Position numbers and translations under genes: made by a program
Notes under the pieces: model-generated
The model's database searches: none
Seen by the model: only the letters and a program-made list of their open reading frames with translations
Told to the model about the DNA's origin: nothing
NCBI GenBank assembly: GCA_963706735.1
Contig: CAVPNQ010000096.1
Coordinates: 2,368 to 66,367 of the forward strand
DNA: 64,000 bases
From: an uncultured Planctomycetia bacterium
GTDB taxonomy: Bacteria; Planctomycetota; MHYJ01; WSZJ01
Reading direction: 5' to 3'
Shown here: in pieces, positions 1 to 8,856 of the stretch
Numbering within the stretch: position 1 is the stretch's first letter
Layout: the number at the start of each line of letters is the position of its first letter

Positions 1-1
1 T

Positions 2-697
2 CTCGTCGCAAAACTGCTCGGGATCGACGCCGAGCCGGTGCACGTCGAGTTCGGCCTCATGCGGATCATCCGCGACGGGCAGCGCGAGAAGATGGCCACG
101 CGCAAGGGGACGATCGTGCTGCTGGCGGACGTGATCCAGGAAGCGGTGGACCGGGTGCACGAGATCGTGGCGGACCGTGAGTGGGACGCGGCGAAGAAGG
201 ACCGGATCGCGCACGCGGTCGGTATCGGGGCGGTGATCTTCAACGACCTGTCGCGCGGGCGGACGAGGGACATCGACTTCAACCTGCAGCAGATGCTGGA
301 TTTCGACCCCGAGACGAAGGCGTTCAAGGGGGAGACAGGGCCGTACCTGCAGTACACGCAGGCGAGGCTGACGAGCGCGCTGAGGAAGTACGGGAAACCT
401 GTGACGGGCGACATCGATTTCAGGCTGCTGGCGACCGACGACGACAAGGGCGTGGCGCGCCAGGTCGGCCGCTACCCGCAGATCGTCCAGGACGCCGCGA
501 CGCGCTACGAGCCGTCCATCGTCAGCCGCTTCCTGATCGACCTGGCGGGCGAAGTGAACCGTTTCTGGAAGCAGCAGCGGATCATCAGCGACGACCAGGC
601 CCTGACGGCCGCGCGCATCCTGCTCATAGCCACAGCCAGGCAGGTCCTCCTGAGTGGCCTGGCCTTACTCGGGATAGAAGCGCCGGAAGAAATGTAA
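2..697 (+). CDS. argS: arginine--tRNA ligase, C-terminal fragment (5' end lies outside the window)
   Basis: The frame is open from the window edge. The translation (GTIVLLADVIQEA, GPYLQYTQARL, ending IEAPEEM) fits the end of the class I ArgRS core plus the DALR anticodon-binding domain. TAA stop at 695-697. Confidence 0.85.
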   Translation, partial: LVAKLLGIDAEPVHVEFGLMRIIRDGQREKMATRKGTIVLLADVIQEAVDRVHEIVADREWDAAKKDRIAHAVGIGAVIFNDLSRGRTRDIDFNLQQMLDFDPETKAFKGETGPYLQYTQARLTSALRKYGKPVTGDIDFRLLATDDDKGVARQVGRYPQIVQDAATRYEPSIVSRFLIDLAGEVNRFWKQQRIISDDQALTAARILLIATARQVLLSGLALLGIEAPEEM

Positions 698-744
698 TTC
701 CGAATCCGCCCAAACGACCCGTCCGCCCCCGTACCATACTCACC

Positions 745-831
745 GCAACCCTCAACCCCCAACCCCAACCGAACCCCGAACTCAGAACCCCGAACTCCGA
801 ACTCAACTTCCGGAACCCAAAACCCCCAACC
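745..831 (+). repeat. C/A-rich intergenic element of about 85 bp, copy 1 (immediately 5' of a gene start)
   Basis: The core acccccaaccccaaccgaaccccgaactcagaaccccgaactccgaactcaacttccggaaccc matches the reverse complement of about 52630-52700 with 5 mismatches in 64 nt (aligned by eye). It ends 1 nt before the GTG start at 832. Confidence 0.8.
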
Positions 832-1767
832 GTGCCCAGCCAAGCCCCCCTTCTCCAGGTCACCGACCTCCTCAAATCCTACGGCCGCGTCCAGGCCCTC
901 CAGGGCGTGACGCTCTCCGCCAGCTCCCGCGCCATCGGCCTCCTCGGTCCCAACGGCTCCGGCAAGTCCACCCTCATCAAGGTCCTCCTCGGCCTCATCC
1001 GCCCCACCGCCGGATCCGCTTCCGTCCTCGGCCTCGACTCCCAGCGCGACGCCCTCCGCATCCGCCAGATGACCGGGTTCATGCCCGAGACCGAATGCAT
1101 GATCCCGCGCATGAGCGCCGTCCAGTTCGTCACCCTCGCCGGCCAGCTTGTCGGCATGTCCGGCGGCGACGCCCTCGCACGCGCCCACGACGTCCTCCAC
1201 GCCCTCGACCTCGGCGAAGCCCGCTACCGCGACATCGATACCTACTCCACCGGCATGCTCCAGCGCGTCAAGCTCGCCCAGGCCCTCGTCCACCACCCCC
1301 AGCTCCTCTTCCTCGACGAACCCACCAACGGCCTCGATCCCAAGGGCCGCGACGAAATGCTCGGCCTCATCAAGGACATCTCTTCCCGGAAGGGCATCAA
1401 CGTCGTCCTCTCCAGCCACATCCTCCACGACGTCGAGAGCGTCTGCGACGAGCTCGTCGTCCTGCACCGCGGACGCCTCGTCGCCGCGGGGCCGCTCAAG
1501 ACCATCATCGGCACCGCCGAAAGCGCCCTCGAAATCCGCTTCCGCGGCGACCGCGCGGCGCTTGAAGGTGCCATGCGCAAGGAAGGGCTTTCGCCGCGGG
1601 CCGCGTTCGAGGGGGACCGGATGGTCGTGCCGGTGGCGGACGTGAAGGACACGGCGCCGGTCCTGCGCGCGGCGGCGAAGTGCGGCGCGCAGGTGCGGCA
1701 CCTGGCGCCGGCGCAGAAATCGCTCGAGGACGTCTTCGCGGGGCTGATCGAGGGAGCGGAAAAATGA
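832..1767 (+). CDS. ABC transporter ATP-binding protein
   Basis: Walker A GPNGSGKST, ABC signature YSTGMLQRV, Walker B LLFLDEPTNGLD. An in-frame GTG at 832 gives the typical N-terminus (LLQVTDLLKSYG). The longer ORF from 181 overlaps argS in another frame. Confidence 0.85.
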   Translation: MPSQAPLLQVTDLLKSYGRVQALQGVTLSASSRAIGLLGPNGSGKSTLIKVLLGLIRPTAGSASVLGLDSQRDALRIRQMTGFMPETECMIPRMSAVQFVTLAGQLVGMSGGDALARAHDVLHALDLGEARYRDIDTYSTGMLQRVKLAQALVHHPQLLFLDEPTNGLDPKGRDEMLGLIKDISSRKGINVVLSSHILHDVESVCDELVVLHRGRLVAAGPLKTIIGTAESALEIRFRGDRAALEGAMRKEGLSPRAAFEGDRMVVPVADVKDTAPVLRAAAKCGAQVRHLAPAQKSLEDVFAGLIEGAEK

Positions 1768-2636
1768 CCCAGCCGACCTCTTCGAGCCCGATTTTCGACC
1801 AGACCTACCAGCCCTGGCAGGGGACGTTCGTGTCGCATGCCTTCCGCGCCCCGGTCATCGCCATGGCCGCGACCCGGAACCTCATCCGCAGCAACGGAGT
1901 CGCGTTCGGGCTCGTCTACGGGCTCGCGGCGCTGATCCTCGCGATCGTGATGCTCCTCGTCCTCATGGAAGTCAAGATCCCCTCCGACGCGCTCTACAGC
2001 GCGTTCGGGGCCTCCGTCTTCATCACCTGCCTGCTCCTCGTCCCCGTCGCCGGCGGCAACCTCATCTCGGCCGACATCCGCCACAACGCCCACCTGATGT
2101 ACTTCTCGAAATCGATCTACCGCATCGACTACATGGCGGGGAAGGGCGCCGCGGCGCTTCTCCTGCTGACCCCGGGCATCCTCGTCCCCTGCCTGCTCGC
2201 CGCGGCGATTCCCGCGGTGATGTCGTTCGTGCCGGTCTCCAATGCATACCTCGCGCGCGTGTTCGCGGCACTCCTCCTCCTCATTCCCGTCGCGCTCCTG
2301 CCCGCCGTCGCCGTCTGCATGGCGATTTCCTCATGCACGCGCCGCGCCTGGCTCGCCGGGATCGGGTGGTTCGCCATCTTCGCGATCCCCTGGGTCGTCG
2401 GGAAGACGCTCGAGGGAGCGCGGCTGAAGTGGGGACACATGGTGTCGTTCAACGGAAACCTGAGCGCCATCGCGGCGTGGGTCCTGCCGCTTCCAGAGTC
2501 CGGGAAGTCGATGCTGGTGGACGAGCGCTTGAGGTACGCGGATCCCTGGCTGTCCGTGCTGATCCTTTCGGCGATCACAGCCGGCTCTCTCGCGCTCGTG
2601 TTCTGGCGCATCGGCATCACGGAGCGCCGCTCGTGA
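1764..2636 (+). CDS. multi-pass membrane protein, probable ABC-2-type permease partner
   Basis: ATG at 1764 overlaps the upstream TGA (ATGA coupling). The translation is hydrophobic with several predicted TM helices and sits between two ABC ATPase genes. Confidence 0.6.
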   Translation: MTQPTSSSPIFDQTYQPWQGTFVSHAFRAPVIAMAATRNLIRSNGVAFGLVYGLAALILAIVMLLVLMEVKIPSDALYSAFGASVFITCLLLVPVAGGNLISADIRHNAHLMYFSKSIYRIDYMAGKGAAALLLLTPGILVPCLLAAAIPAVMSFVPVSNAYLARVFAALLLLIPVALLPAVAVCMAISSCTRRAWLAGIGWFAIFAIPWVVGKTLEGARLKWGHMVSFNGNLSAIAAWVLPLPESGKSMLVDERLRYADPWLSVLILSAITAGSLALVFWRIGITERRS

Positions 2637-3571
2637 ACGCACCCGCGCCTGCGCTGCCGCTCGTCCTCTTCGAGCACGTCACCCGCTGGTACGGGCAGGT
2701 GGTGGCGCTTCGAGACGTCACCATCCCCATTGGCGCCGGGATCATCGGGCTGCTCGGCCCGAACGGGGCGGGGAAGACGACGTTCATCCGCGTGCTCACC
2801 GGGACGATGCCTCCGTCGCAGGGGCGCGCCCTCCTGTTCGGCGAGCCGGCGTTCGGGTCGCCGAACCTCTACCGCCGCATCGGCTACTGCCCCGACCACG
2901 ACAACTTCTTCGAGTTCATGACCGGCCGCGAGTTCGTCGAGACCCTCCTGGGCGTCCACGGCTACGGTGGCGCCGACCGGCGCGCCCGCGCCGCGCGCGC
3001 CCTCGACCGCGTCAAGGCGGCCGACTTCGCCGACCGGAAGATCTACACGTACTCCAAGGGCATGCGGCAGCGGCTCAAGATCGCGCAGGCGCTCGGGCAC
3101 GACCCCGAGCTGCTCATCCTCGACGAGCCTCTGAACGGCGTGGACCCGCTGATCCGGCGCGACGTGATCGACCTCGTGAAGGAGCTGGGCAAGGAAGGGA
3201 AGTCCGTGATCGTCTCGAGCCACGTCCTGCACGAGGTCGAGGCGATGACGCCGAACATCGTCCTCATCCACAAGGGGCGCGTGAAGGCCTACGGCAACGT
3301 GCACGAAATCCGCGGGCTCATCGACCGCCACCCGCACTCGATCGAGCTCCGCACGCCGCGCCCCCGCGACCTGGCTGCCCTTCTCGCCCGCCAGCCCGAC
3401 GTCTCCGAGCTCGTCATCGCCGAGGGACAGGTCACCCTTCGCACCCCCGCCCCCGACCGCTTCTATTCCGCCCTCCCCGCCCTCCTCCTCGAGTCCGGCA
3501 TCGACGTCCACGAACTCCACAGCCCCGACGACAACCTCGACGCCGTCTTCCGCTACCTCACCGAGGCCTGA
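2633..3571 (+). CDS. ABC transporter ATP-binding protein (second ATPase of the module)
   Basis: GTG at 2633 overlaps the upstream TGA (GTGA). Walker A GPNGAGKTT, signature YSKGMRQRL, Walker B LLILDEPLNGVD. Confidence 0.85.
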   Translation: MNAPAPALPLVLFEHVTRWYGQVVALRDVTIPIGAGIIGLLGPNGAGKTTFIRVLTGTMPPSQGRALLFGEPAFGSPNLYRRIGYCPDHDNFFEFMTGREFVETLLGVHGYGGADRRARAARALDRVKAADFADRKIYTYSKGMRQRLKIAQALGHDPELLILDEPLNGVDPLIRRDVIDLVKELGKEGKSVIVSSHVLHEVEAMTPNIVLIHKGRVKAYGNVHEIRGLIDRHPHSIELRTPRPRDLAALLARQPDVSELVIAEGQVTLRTPAPDRFYSALPALLLESGIDVHELHSPDDNLDAVFRYLTEA

Positions 3572-3573
3572 CC

Positions 3574-4458
3574 ATGAGCCCCCTCCCCGGCCTCCTCGCC
3601 TCCGCCCGCCTCGCGCTTCGCCAGTTCATGAACGGCCCGCGCAAGTGGCTGCTGCTGCTCCTCGGCGCGGTCTTCCCGGGGATCATCGCGATCTTCGCGT
3701 TCGCCGTGGAACACGGCCCGGTCAACCCGTTCCTGCAGGTCTTCGAGGGAATCTACCTCTCGGTCATCCTTCTCCTCATCGCGCTTCTCGGCGCCACCTC
3801 CGGGTTCTCCGGCGACGCCGAGGACGGCACCGTCGTCTACCTGTTCACCCGCCCGACGCCGCGATGGGCGATCGTGATGGGGAAGTGGCTGGGGACGGTT
3901 CCACCGCTGGTCGCGCTGGCGCTCCTGCCGGTGTTCGTGTCGTGGGGACTGGCGCAAAGCAGCCCTGCGGACAGTTCCGGATCGGTCGCCGACGAGCGCG
4001 CCGCCATGCGGCCGGAAGGGGGCGGCTCCGCGCCCGGCACAGGCGCACCCAACCGCAGCTCGGCCCCGCCCCGCGGGCGAACCGTCCGCGAAATCCCGGG
4101 CGCCAAAGACCTCGCCCTCGTCTCCTTCGCCACCGCCGTGTCCGTCCTCGAGTTCGGCACCCTCTTCTTCGCCCTCGGTGTCGTCGTCGGTCGCCCTTAT
4201 GTCGTCGGCCTCTGCTACTCCGTGCTCTTCGAACTCATCCTCAGCCTCACCCCGTTCAAGATGTGGGTCCTCTCCAAGATGCTCCGCGGCGCCGTCTTCC
4301 GCATCCCCACCCCCGTCCCGCGCTTCTGGGAAGGCGCCCTCGAGGATCTGCCGTCCGCGACGGTGTGCGTGATCGGCCTGGTCGTCGTCCCCGTCGCGTC
4401 GCTGGCGGTCGCCACGATCGTCGTCGGGCACAAGTCGTACCTGGCGAAGGCGGACTAG
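3574..4458 (+). CDS. ABC-2-type permease-like membrane protein
   Basis: ATG lies 3 nt after the previous stop. There are several hydrophobic segments with a Gly/Ser/Pro-rich loop. Last gene of the 4-gene module. Confidence 0.6.
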   Translation: MSPLPGLLASARLALRQFMNGPRKWLLLLLGAVFPGIIAIFAFAVEHGPVNPFLQVFEGIYLSVILLLIALLGATSGFSGDAEDGTVVYLFTRPTPRWAIVMGKWLGTVPPLVALALLPVFVSWGLAQSSPADSSGSVADERAAMRPEGGGSAPGTGAPNRSSAPPRGRTVREIPGAKDLALVSFATAVSVLEFGTLFFALGVVVGRPYVVGLCYSVLFELILSLTPFKMWVLSKMLRGAVFRIPTPVPRFWEGALEDLPSATVCVIGLVVVPVASLAVATIVVGHKSYLAKAD

Positions 4459-5450
4459 GCCGGAGGCTCGCCCTTCCCCTTGAAAAAACCGGCCGCCCCT
4501 TCGCGCGCCGCCAGCGCCACCCCCAGCCCCACGATCAGCGCGTCCGACAGCCTCTGCACCGCCGCGTACGCCGCCGCTTCCGGCGCCCCGATCCCGATCA
4601 GCGAGAACGTCCAGACGACGCCGCTCTCGAACACGCCGAGCCCCCCGGGCGTGACGTGGAACGCCAGCACTACCTGAGTCATAACGAAGATGAGTGCCAT
4701 CTCGTCGAAAGGCGTCGCCCGGCCGAGAAAGTGGAAGAACACAAGCGGCTTCAGCACCACCAACGCGAGCGGCCCGCCGGTGAGCAGAAGAGCTGCCCCG
4801 AAGGCCGCCCGGTGGTCGCGGAATGTCTCCTGGATCTTCCCCTCGGTGTCCGCAGCCCACGCGCGGAGCCGCTCACCGCGCTTTCCCAGCACCCGCAACA
4901 CCCCGGACGCCAGTGGCCACCTCAGGACAAACGCGGCGAAGACCACGAGGAACGCCACGAGGAGGCCTGCGGCGACTCCGGTGGCCGTCCATTTCAGCCC
5001 GCGCGGCAGGTCGAACCGCCAGACCATCGTGGCGGTGCAGACCAGGATGGCGACGAGGAACCCCGTGAACTCGGCGAATTTGTTCGAAATGACCGTCGCC
5101 GCGACGTCGCGCGAGGGTAACCCGAAGCGCCGGCTAATGTGCCAGATCCGCAGGGGTTCGCCGCCGAGGTACATCGAGGGGGCGAGGTAGGCGAGGGAAT
5201 TGCCCATGAGGAACGATGCCAGGGTGGCCCGGAAGGGGATCTTCCAGCCCCTGGAGCGCAGCAGGGCGTGCCAGCCGACCGCCTGGAGCGCGAGGATGAG
5301 AAACGACCAGCCCGCGAAGGTCGCCACGCCGCCGGGACCGATGCGCTTGAGCACGGCCCGGGTTGCAGGCCAGTCCAGGCGCGTGGCCAGGAATGCCAGC
5401 AGCCCGAGAGCCAGAAGGACCGACAGGACTGCGAGGAGGCGCTTGCGCAT
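4455..5450 (-). CDS. flippase-like / lysylphosphatidylglycerol-synthase TM-region family (UPF0104) membrane protein
   Basis: 331 aa and polytopic. The N-terminal pattern RLLAVLSVLLALGLLAFLATRLDW...LLRSRGWKIPF is typical of the UPF0104/LPG_synthase_TM family. Confidence 0.6.
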   Translation of the reverse strand: MRKRLLAVLSVLLALGLLAFLATRLDWPATRAVLKRIGPGGVATFAGWSFLILALQAVGWHALLRSRGWKIPFRATLASFLMGNSLAYLAPSMYLGGEPLRIWHISRRFGLPSRDVAATVISNKFAEFTGFLVAILVCTATMVWRFDLPRGLKWTATGVAAGLLVAFLVVFAAFVLRWPLASGVLRVLGKRGERLRAWAADTEGKIQETFRDHRAAFGAALLLTGGPLALVVLKPLVFFHFLGRATPFDEMALIFVMTQVVLAFHVTPGGLGVFESGVVWTFSLIGIGAPEAAAYAAVQRLSDALIVGLGVALAAREGAAGFFKGKGEPPA

Positions 5451-5630
5451 GGGTGGGGCCTGGGGCCAGTTCCGAGCGGCCAGCGGCCGGCGGCCAGTGT
5501 ACGACGCGCGAGGAGCCGGGTGGCATGTTCGAGTCCTGGCCGCTCGCCGCTGGCCGCTGGTGACTGGTTACAAAAAAACCGGGGGCCACGTTTGGCCCCC
5601 GGCTCCGGTTACGCTTTCTCGCCCGCAGTC

Positions 5631-6722
5631 CTAGCTGATCAACGGCACTCCGCCCGCCTTGCCGGCCTTCGGCGCCGGGGCCGCGGCCTCGCCGCCGCCC
5701 GCCGCCTTGCGCTTCTTCTCTTCCGAGATCGCCGCAATCAGCGCGCCCGCCGCAACCGCCTTCAGCGGGTCCTTCGCATGACGCACGCCCTTGACCGGGA
5801 TCGGAAGACCGATCTCGCGCAGGCAATTCTTGAAGCGGTCCACGAACCCCGGGGGCTTGCTCGTTCCGCCGGCGATCACGATCTCGACAGGCTCGTCGAT
5901 CGTGGCGTTGGCGGCCTTGAGCTGCTGGCCGATGTTCGTGATGACGTAACGGATCAGGTCCTCGTAGTAAATCTCGAGCGCGACCATGATCTGGTCCGTC
6001 GGGTCGATCCTGTCGAAGTTCAGGTACTTCTCCTTGTGGCTCTGCACCTTCGACACCGGCACGCTCCTCACCTTCGCCACCTGCCGGTCGATCCAGTCGC
6101 CCGAACGCCCGCAGGAGAACTCAAGCAGCTTCTTCGCGCGCCACGACGCCGCGAGGTTCACCATGCCCGCGCCCCACGAAATCGCGATGCCCGTGAACGG
6201 CAGCACCTCGTTGTTGATCGTGACCGTCGGGTTCTCGCTGTAGATGATGCACATGGCTTCGTTAATACACTTCACGTCGTACCCGAGCTTCTTGAGGAAC
6301 CGCTCGAGCACCATCCGGTGGAACGTGACGTCGAATTCGGCGTCGATCGGGTTGGCGGGCATCGTCGCGCAGATGACCTCGCCCGGGTAGCTCGGCTTGC
6401 CCACCACGGCCTCGAGAAGAACTTCCATCATGCTGATGGCTTCTTCCTCGCCGGGGTTCAACACGCCCTTCGCCATCGGGCGGCGATAGTCCTTCTGGTT
6501 TCCCGTCACCATCGAGAACTTGAGAGCGTCCTCGCCGACGACGTAGATCTGCTCGCCCTTGATGATGTAGAAGGCGCCGGCCTTCGTGAGCATGTCTTCC
6601 GCGAAGTCCTCGTTGGGCATCGAGAAGAACGCATCACGTTCCATCGTGAACACTTCCTTGCCGTCCTTGAGCTCCGCTCCCACGAGGAAGCACGTCCCGA
6701 TGTCGACTCCCTTAGCGCACAT
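5631..6722 (-). CDS. actin-fold (ASKHA) ATPase, divergent actin/ParM/MreB-like protein with a Lys/Ala/Gly-rich tail
   Basis: Phosphate-1-like GVDIGTCFLV at the N-terminus, phosphate-2-like ISWGAGMVN, adenosine motif IAGGTSKPPGF. The C-terminal tail is EEKKRKAAGGGEAAAPAPKAGKAGG. An SD-like aaagggg lies upstream. Confidence 0.65.
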   Translation of the reverse strand: MCAKGVDIGTCFLVGAELKDGKEVFTMERDAFFSMPNEDFAEDMLTKAGAFYIIKGEQIYVVGEDALKFSMVTGNQKDYRRPMAKGVLNPGEEEAISMMEVLLEAVVGKPSYPGEVICATMPANPIDAEFDVTFHRMVLERFLKKLGYDVKCINEAMCIIYSENPTVTINNEVLPFTGIAISWGAGMVNLAASWRAKKLLEFSCGRSGDWIDRQVAKVRSVPVSKVQSHKEKYLNFDRIDPTDQIMVALEIYYEDLIRYVITNIGQQLKAANATIDEPVEIVIAGGTSKPPGFVDRFKNCLREIGLPIPVKGVRHAKDPLKAVAAGALIAAISEEKKRKAAGGGEAAAPAPKAGKAGGVPLIS

Positions 6723-6799
6723 TCCGGCCCCTTTCTACCAGATGGTGATCAATGTGCCGTGGCAGGGCGGCCGTGCCGCCCCGCGAGGCCCTCTGTTTG

Positions 6800-7621
6800 T
6801 TAGTCGATTCCGCCGAGCAGGTCGGCCATGCCGCCTGCGTCGCCTTCGCCCGCCGTCTGCTTGCCGATCTTCTCGAAGTTCGCCGTCAGCTCGTTCTCCT
6901 TCGACTCAAGCAGCTTGAGGCGGGCCTTGATTTCGACCTCGGTGAGCCGGATGCGCTCGTTGGCCCCGCTGTCCATGCTGCCGTCGCCCAGCGCCTGGCG
7001 CGGTCCCGCCGCCACCATGCCGCTGAGGAGGCCCTTGAATTCCTTGAGAAGCGTGTCGCGGAACTCGTTGAACTGCGTGAGGACGGCCTGGGACCGCTGG
7101 CGTTCCTCCAGCACCGCCTTGCGCAGCTCCAGCACCTCGCGCTTGATCAGCGTCTTCTCGTCCTTCTCCTTGTCGAAGAACGACGACCGCAGCTTGTCGA
7201 ATTCCTTCTTCAGCCACCCGTTGTCGCCGTCCATCGTCTGGATCAGCTTCTTGAGGTCGTCGAAGTCCGATCGGATCTGCTCGACATCCTTCGAGCCCGC
7301 AAGCACGGTCCGCAACTCGTTGAGCGCCTTGATCACGGTGTCCTTGTCCGGCGATTTCAGGATCACCTGCCTCAACTCCTCGATCCGCGACTTGATCTCG
7401 CTCCGGGTCTCCTCCTTCACGAGCACCGCTTCGTTCGAGCCGGGCTCCGACTTCTTCACGTTCTGGAGGTACCCTTCTTCAAGCGCGAGCTTGAGCTGCC
7501 TGGACTGCTCGACGCGCTCCCGCCCGATCTTGTCCAGGTCGAAGTAGTCCTTGGCGGGGATCTTGACCTTGAGGTCTTCGATCTGTATCGAGCCGCGCAG
7601 GACGTTCTTGACGATCCACAT
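6800..7621 (-). CDS. coiled-coil protein, upstream partner of the actin-like ATPase
   Basis: 273 aa. A short N-terminal domain is followed by about 200 aa of heptad-like, charged, K/E/L-rich sequence. SD ggaga upstream; same strand, 77 nt upstream of the actin-like gene. Confidence 0.6.
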   Translation of the reverse strand: MWIVKNVLRGSIQIEDLKVKIPAKDYFDLDKIGRERVEQSRQLKLALEEGYLQNVKKSEPGSNEAVLVKEETRSEIKSRIEELRQVILKSPDKDTVIKALNELRTVLAGSKDVEQIRSDFDDLKKLIQTMDGDNGWLKKEFDKLRSSFFDKEKDEKTLIKREVLELRKAVLEERQRSQAVLTQFNEFRDTLLKEFKGLLSGMVAAGPRQALGDGSMDSGANERIRLTEVEIKARLKLLESKENELTANFEKIGKQTAGEGDAGGMADLLGGID

Positions 7622-7765
7622 ACCTTGAAATCTCCGGTATTTGGCCGGGACCGGGCGTCCCAGGGGTAGGTTGAGTTTTGTACCCCGCGCGTGGCCCCCG
7701 AGTCAAATGCTTTTGGCCAGGCCGGGCGTGGGAAGCGGTTCGGAGGGGAAAATTACGCCTTCCTG

Positions 7766-7795
7766 CGGACCCCGCGACCGGCGCACCGGGGTCCG
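7766..7795 (-). terminator. GC-rich hairpin downstream of tRNA-Ala
   Basis: cggaccccg / cggggtccg 9-bp stem with a 12-nt loop, about 35 nt 3' of the tRNA on the minus strand. No clear U-tract. Confidence 0.35.
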
Positions 7796-7829
7796 GCCAG
7801 CCAGAACGAATGCCTTCGGCGCACCTGAA

Positions 7830-7902
<73 letters not shown>

Positions 7903-8092
7903 GTCCGGGTGAGCCGAAGGAGGCGGGAGGATAGCGATGTGTTCCCGGACCGTCAAGGTTGCGCACTCCACCCCCTCGCCCCGGCGGCCGGGACAGGGGC
8001 TTCGAAAACAAAACACCGGACCGCAGCGGCCCCCCCGCGACAAAAAAACGGGGCCCCTTCGGTTGAAGGGGACCCCGTCGCAAGTTCCGCCG

Positions 8093-8542
8093 CTACTCGA
8101 TCGTGACCTTCGTCGCCACCCCGACCTTTGTCAGCGCGTACACGCTCAGGCGCCCCAGGCTCGTCCCGGCCGCCACCATCTTGTCGATGATCGCCTGCAC
8201 CCGGTCTTTCGACCGCGCCAGCGAAAGCTTCCGCCCGACCTTCACCAGGAACGCCCCGCCGCCTGCCGCCTTGCGCCCCGATCCCGGAGGACGCCCCGGT
8301 CCGCGCCCCTTCTTGCCGGCCTTCTTGCGCTTGCCGGCTTTCTTCCGGGCAGGCTTCGCCAGGTCCGGTCGCACCGCGTTGATCAGCTCCGAGAGCTTGG
8401 GCATGAACAGCCCCTGCCCGAATTCGTGCTTCACCGCCTTCTGGATCTCCCGGAACTTCACCTTCGAAGCCTCGGTGATGCTGGTCAGGTGCTTCCCGAG
8501 GAAATCCTTCACCTTGTCGAAGTCCAGCGTGCTGGCCGCCAT
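8093..8542 (-). CDS. small basic protein with an AT-hook-like KRKKAGKKGRGPGRPPGSGRK segment (hypothetical, possibly DNA-binding)
   Basis: 149 aa. A strong SD (aggagg) lies 6 nt upstream of the ATG. The central Lys/Arg/Gly/Pro tract resembles AT-hook GRP cores. Lies between two tRNA genes. Confidence 0.6.
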   Translation of the reverse strand: MAASTLDFDKVKDFLGKHLTSITEASKVKFREIQKAVKHEFGQGLFMPKLSELINAVRPDLAKPARKKAGKRKKAGKKGRGPGRPPGSGRKAAGGGAFLVKVGRKLSLARSKDRVQAIIDKMVAAGTSLGRLSVYALTKVGVATKVTIE

Positions 8543-8713
8543 CGGTCCTCCTTGGAAAAGTCTTCGTAAACGCCAATGTGTTCCCTAATGCGGGCGTGCA
8601 TTAGACGCCAATGCAGTCCCAATGCAATGTTTTTCGGTGCGCAATATTGGAAGCGCCCCCGCAAGGCGCGCCGCGAAGCAGGCGCGCCACCATCCGATTC
8701 TCGTTTCCACAAG

Positions 8714-8856
8714 CATCCGGAGGCTGGAAGACGCGGGGTGGAGGCGAGCCGTGGGGAGGGGCGGCGGCGCGAACAAGGCGTCCCCGGGATCAAGCCCCCG
8801 CCGCCGCCGCCCTTCCCCCGGCGACCCTCCACCCCGCGTCTTCCAGCCTCCGGATG
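8714..8856. repeat. perfect 31-bp inverted repeat (long hairpin) abutting the 3' end of tRNA-Val
   Basis: 8714-8744 catccggaggctggaagacgcggggtggagg is the exact reverse complement of 8826-8856. The 81-nt spacer is itself GC-rich and partly self-complementary (ggggaggggcggcggcg / cgccgccgccgcccttcccc). Confidence 0.85.

Noticed and set aside
181-831. N-terminal 217 codons of the 528-aa track ORF 181..1767.
   Set aside because: This part overlaps the well-supported argS reading frame in another frame. It is Arg/Pro/Gly-rich low-complexity sequence typical of GC-driven open frames. The ABC domain begins only after the in-frame GTG at 832.
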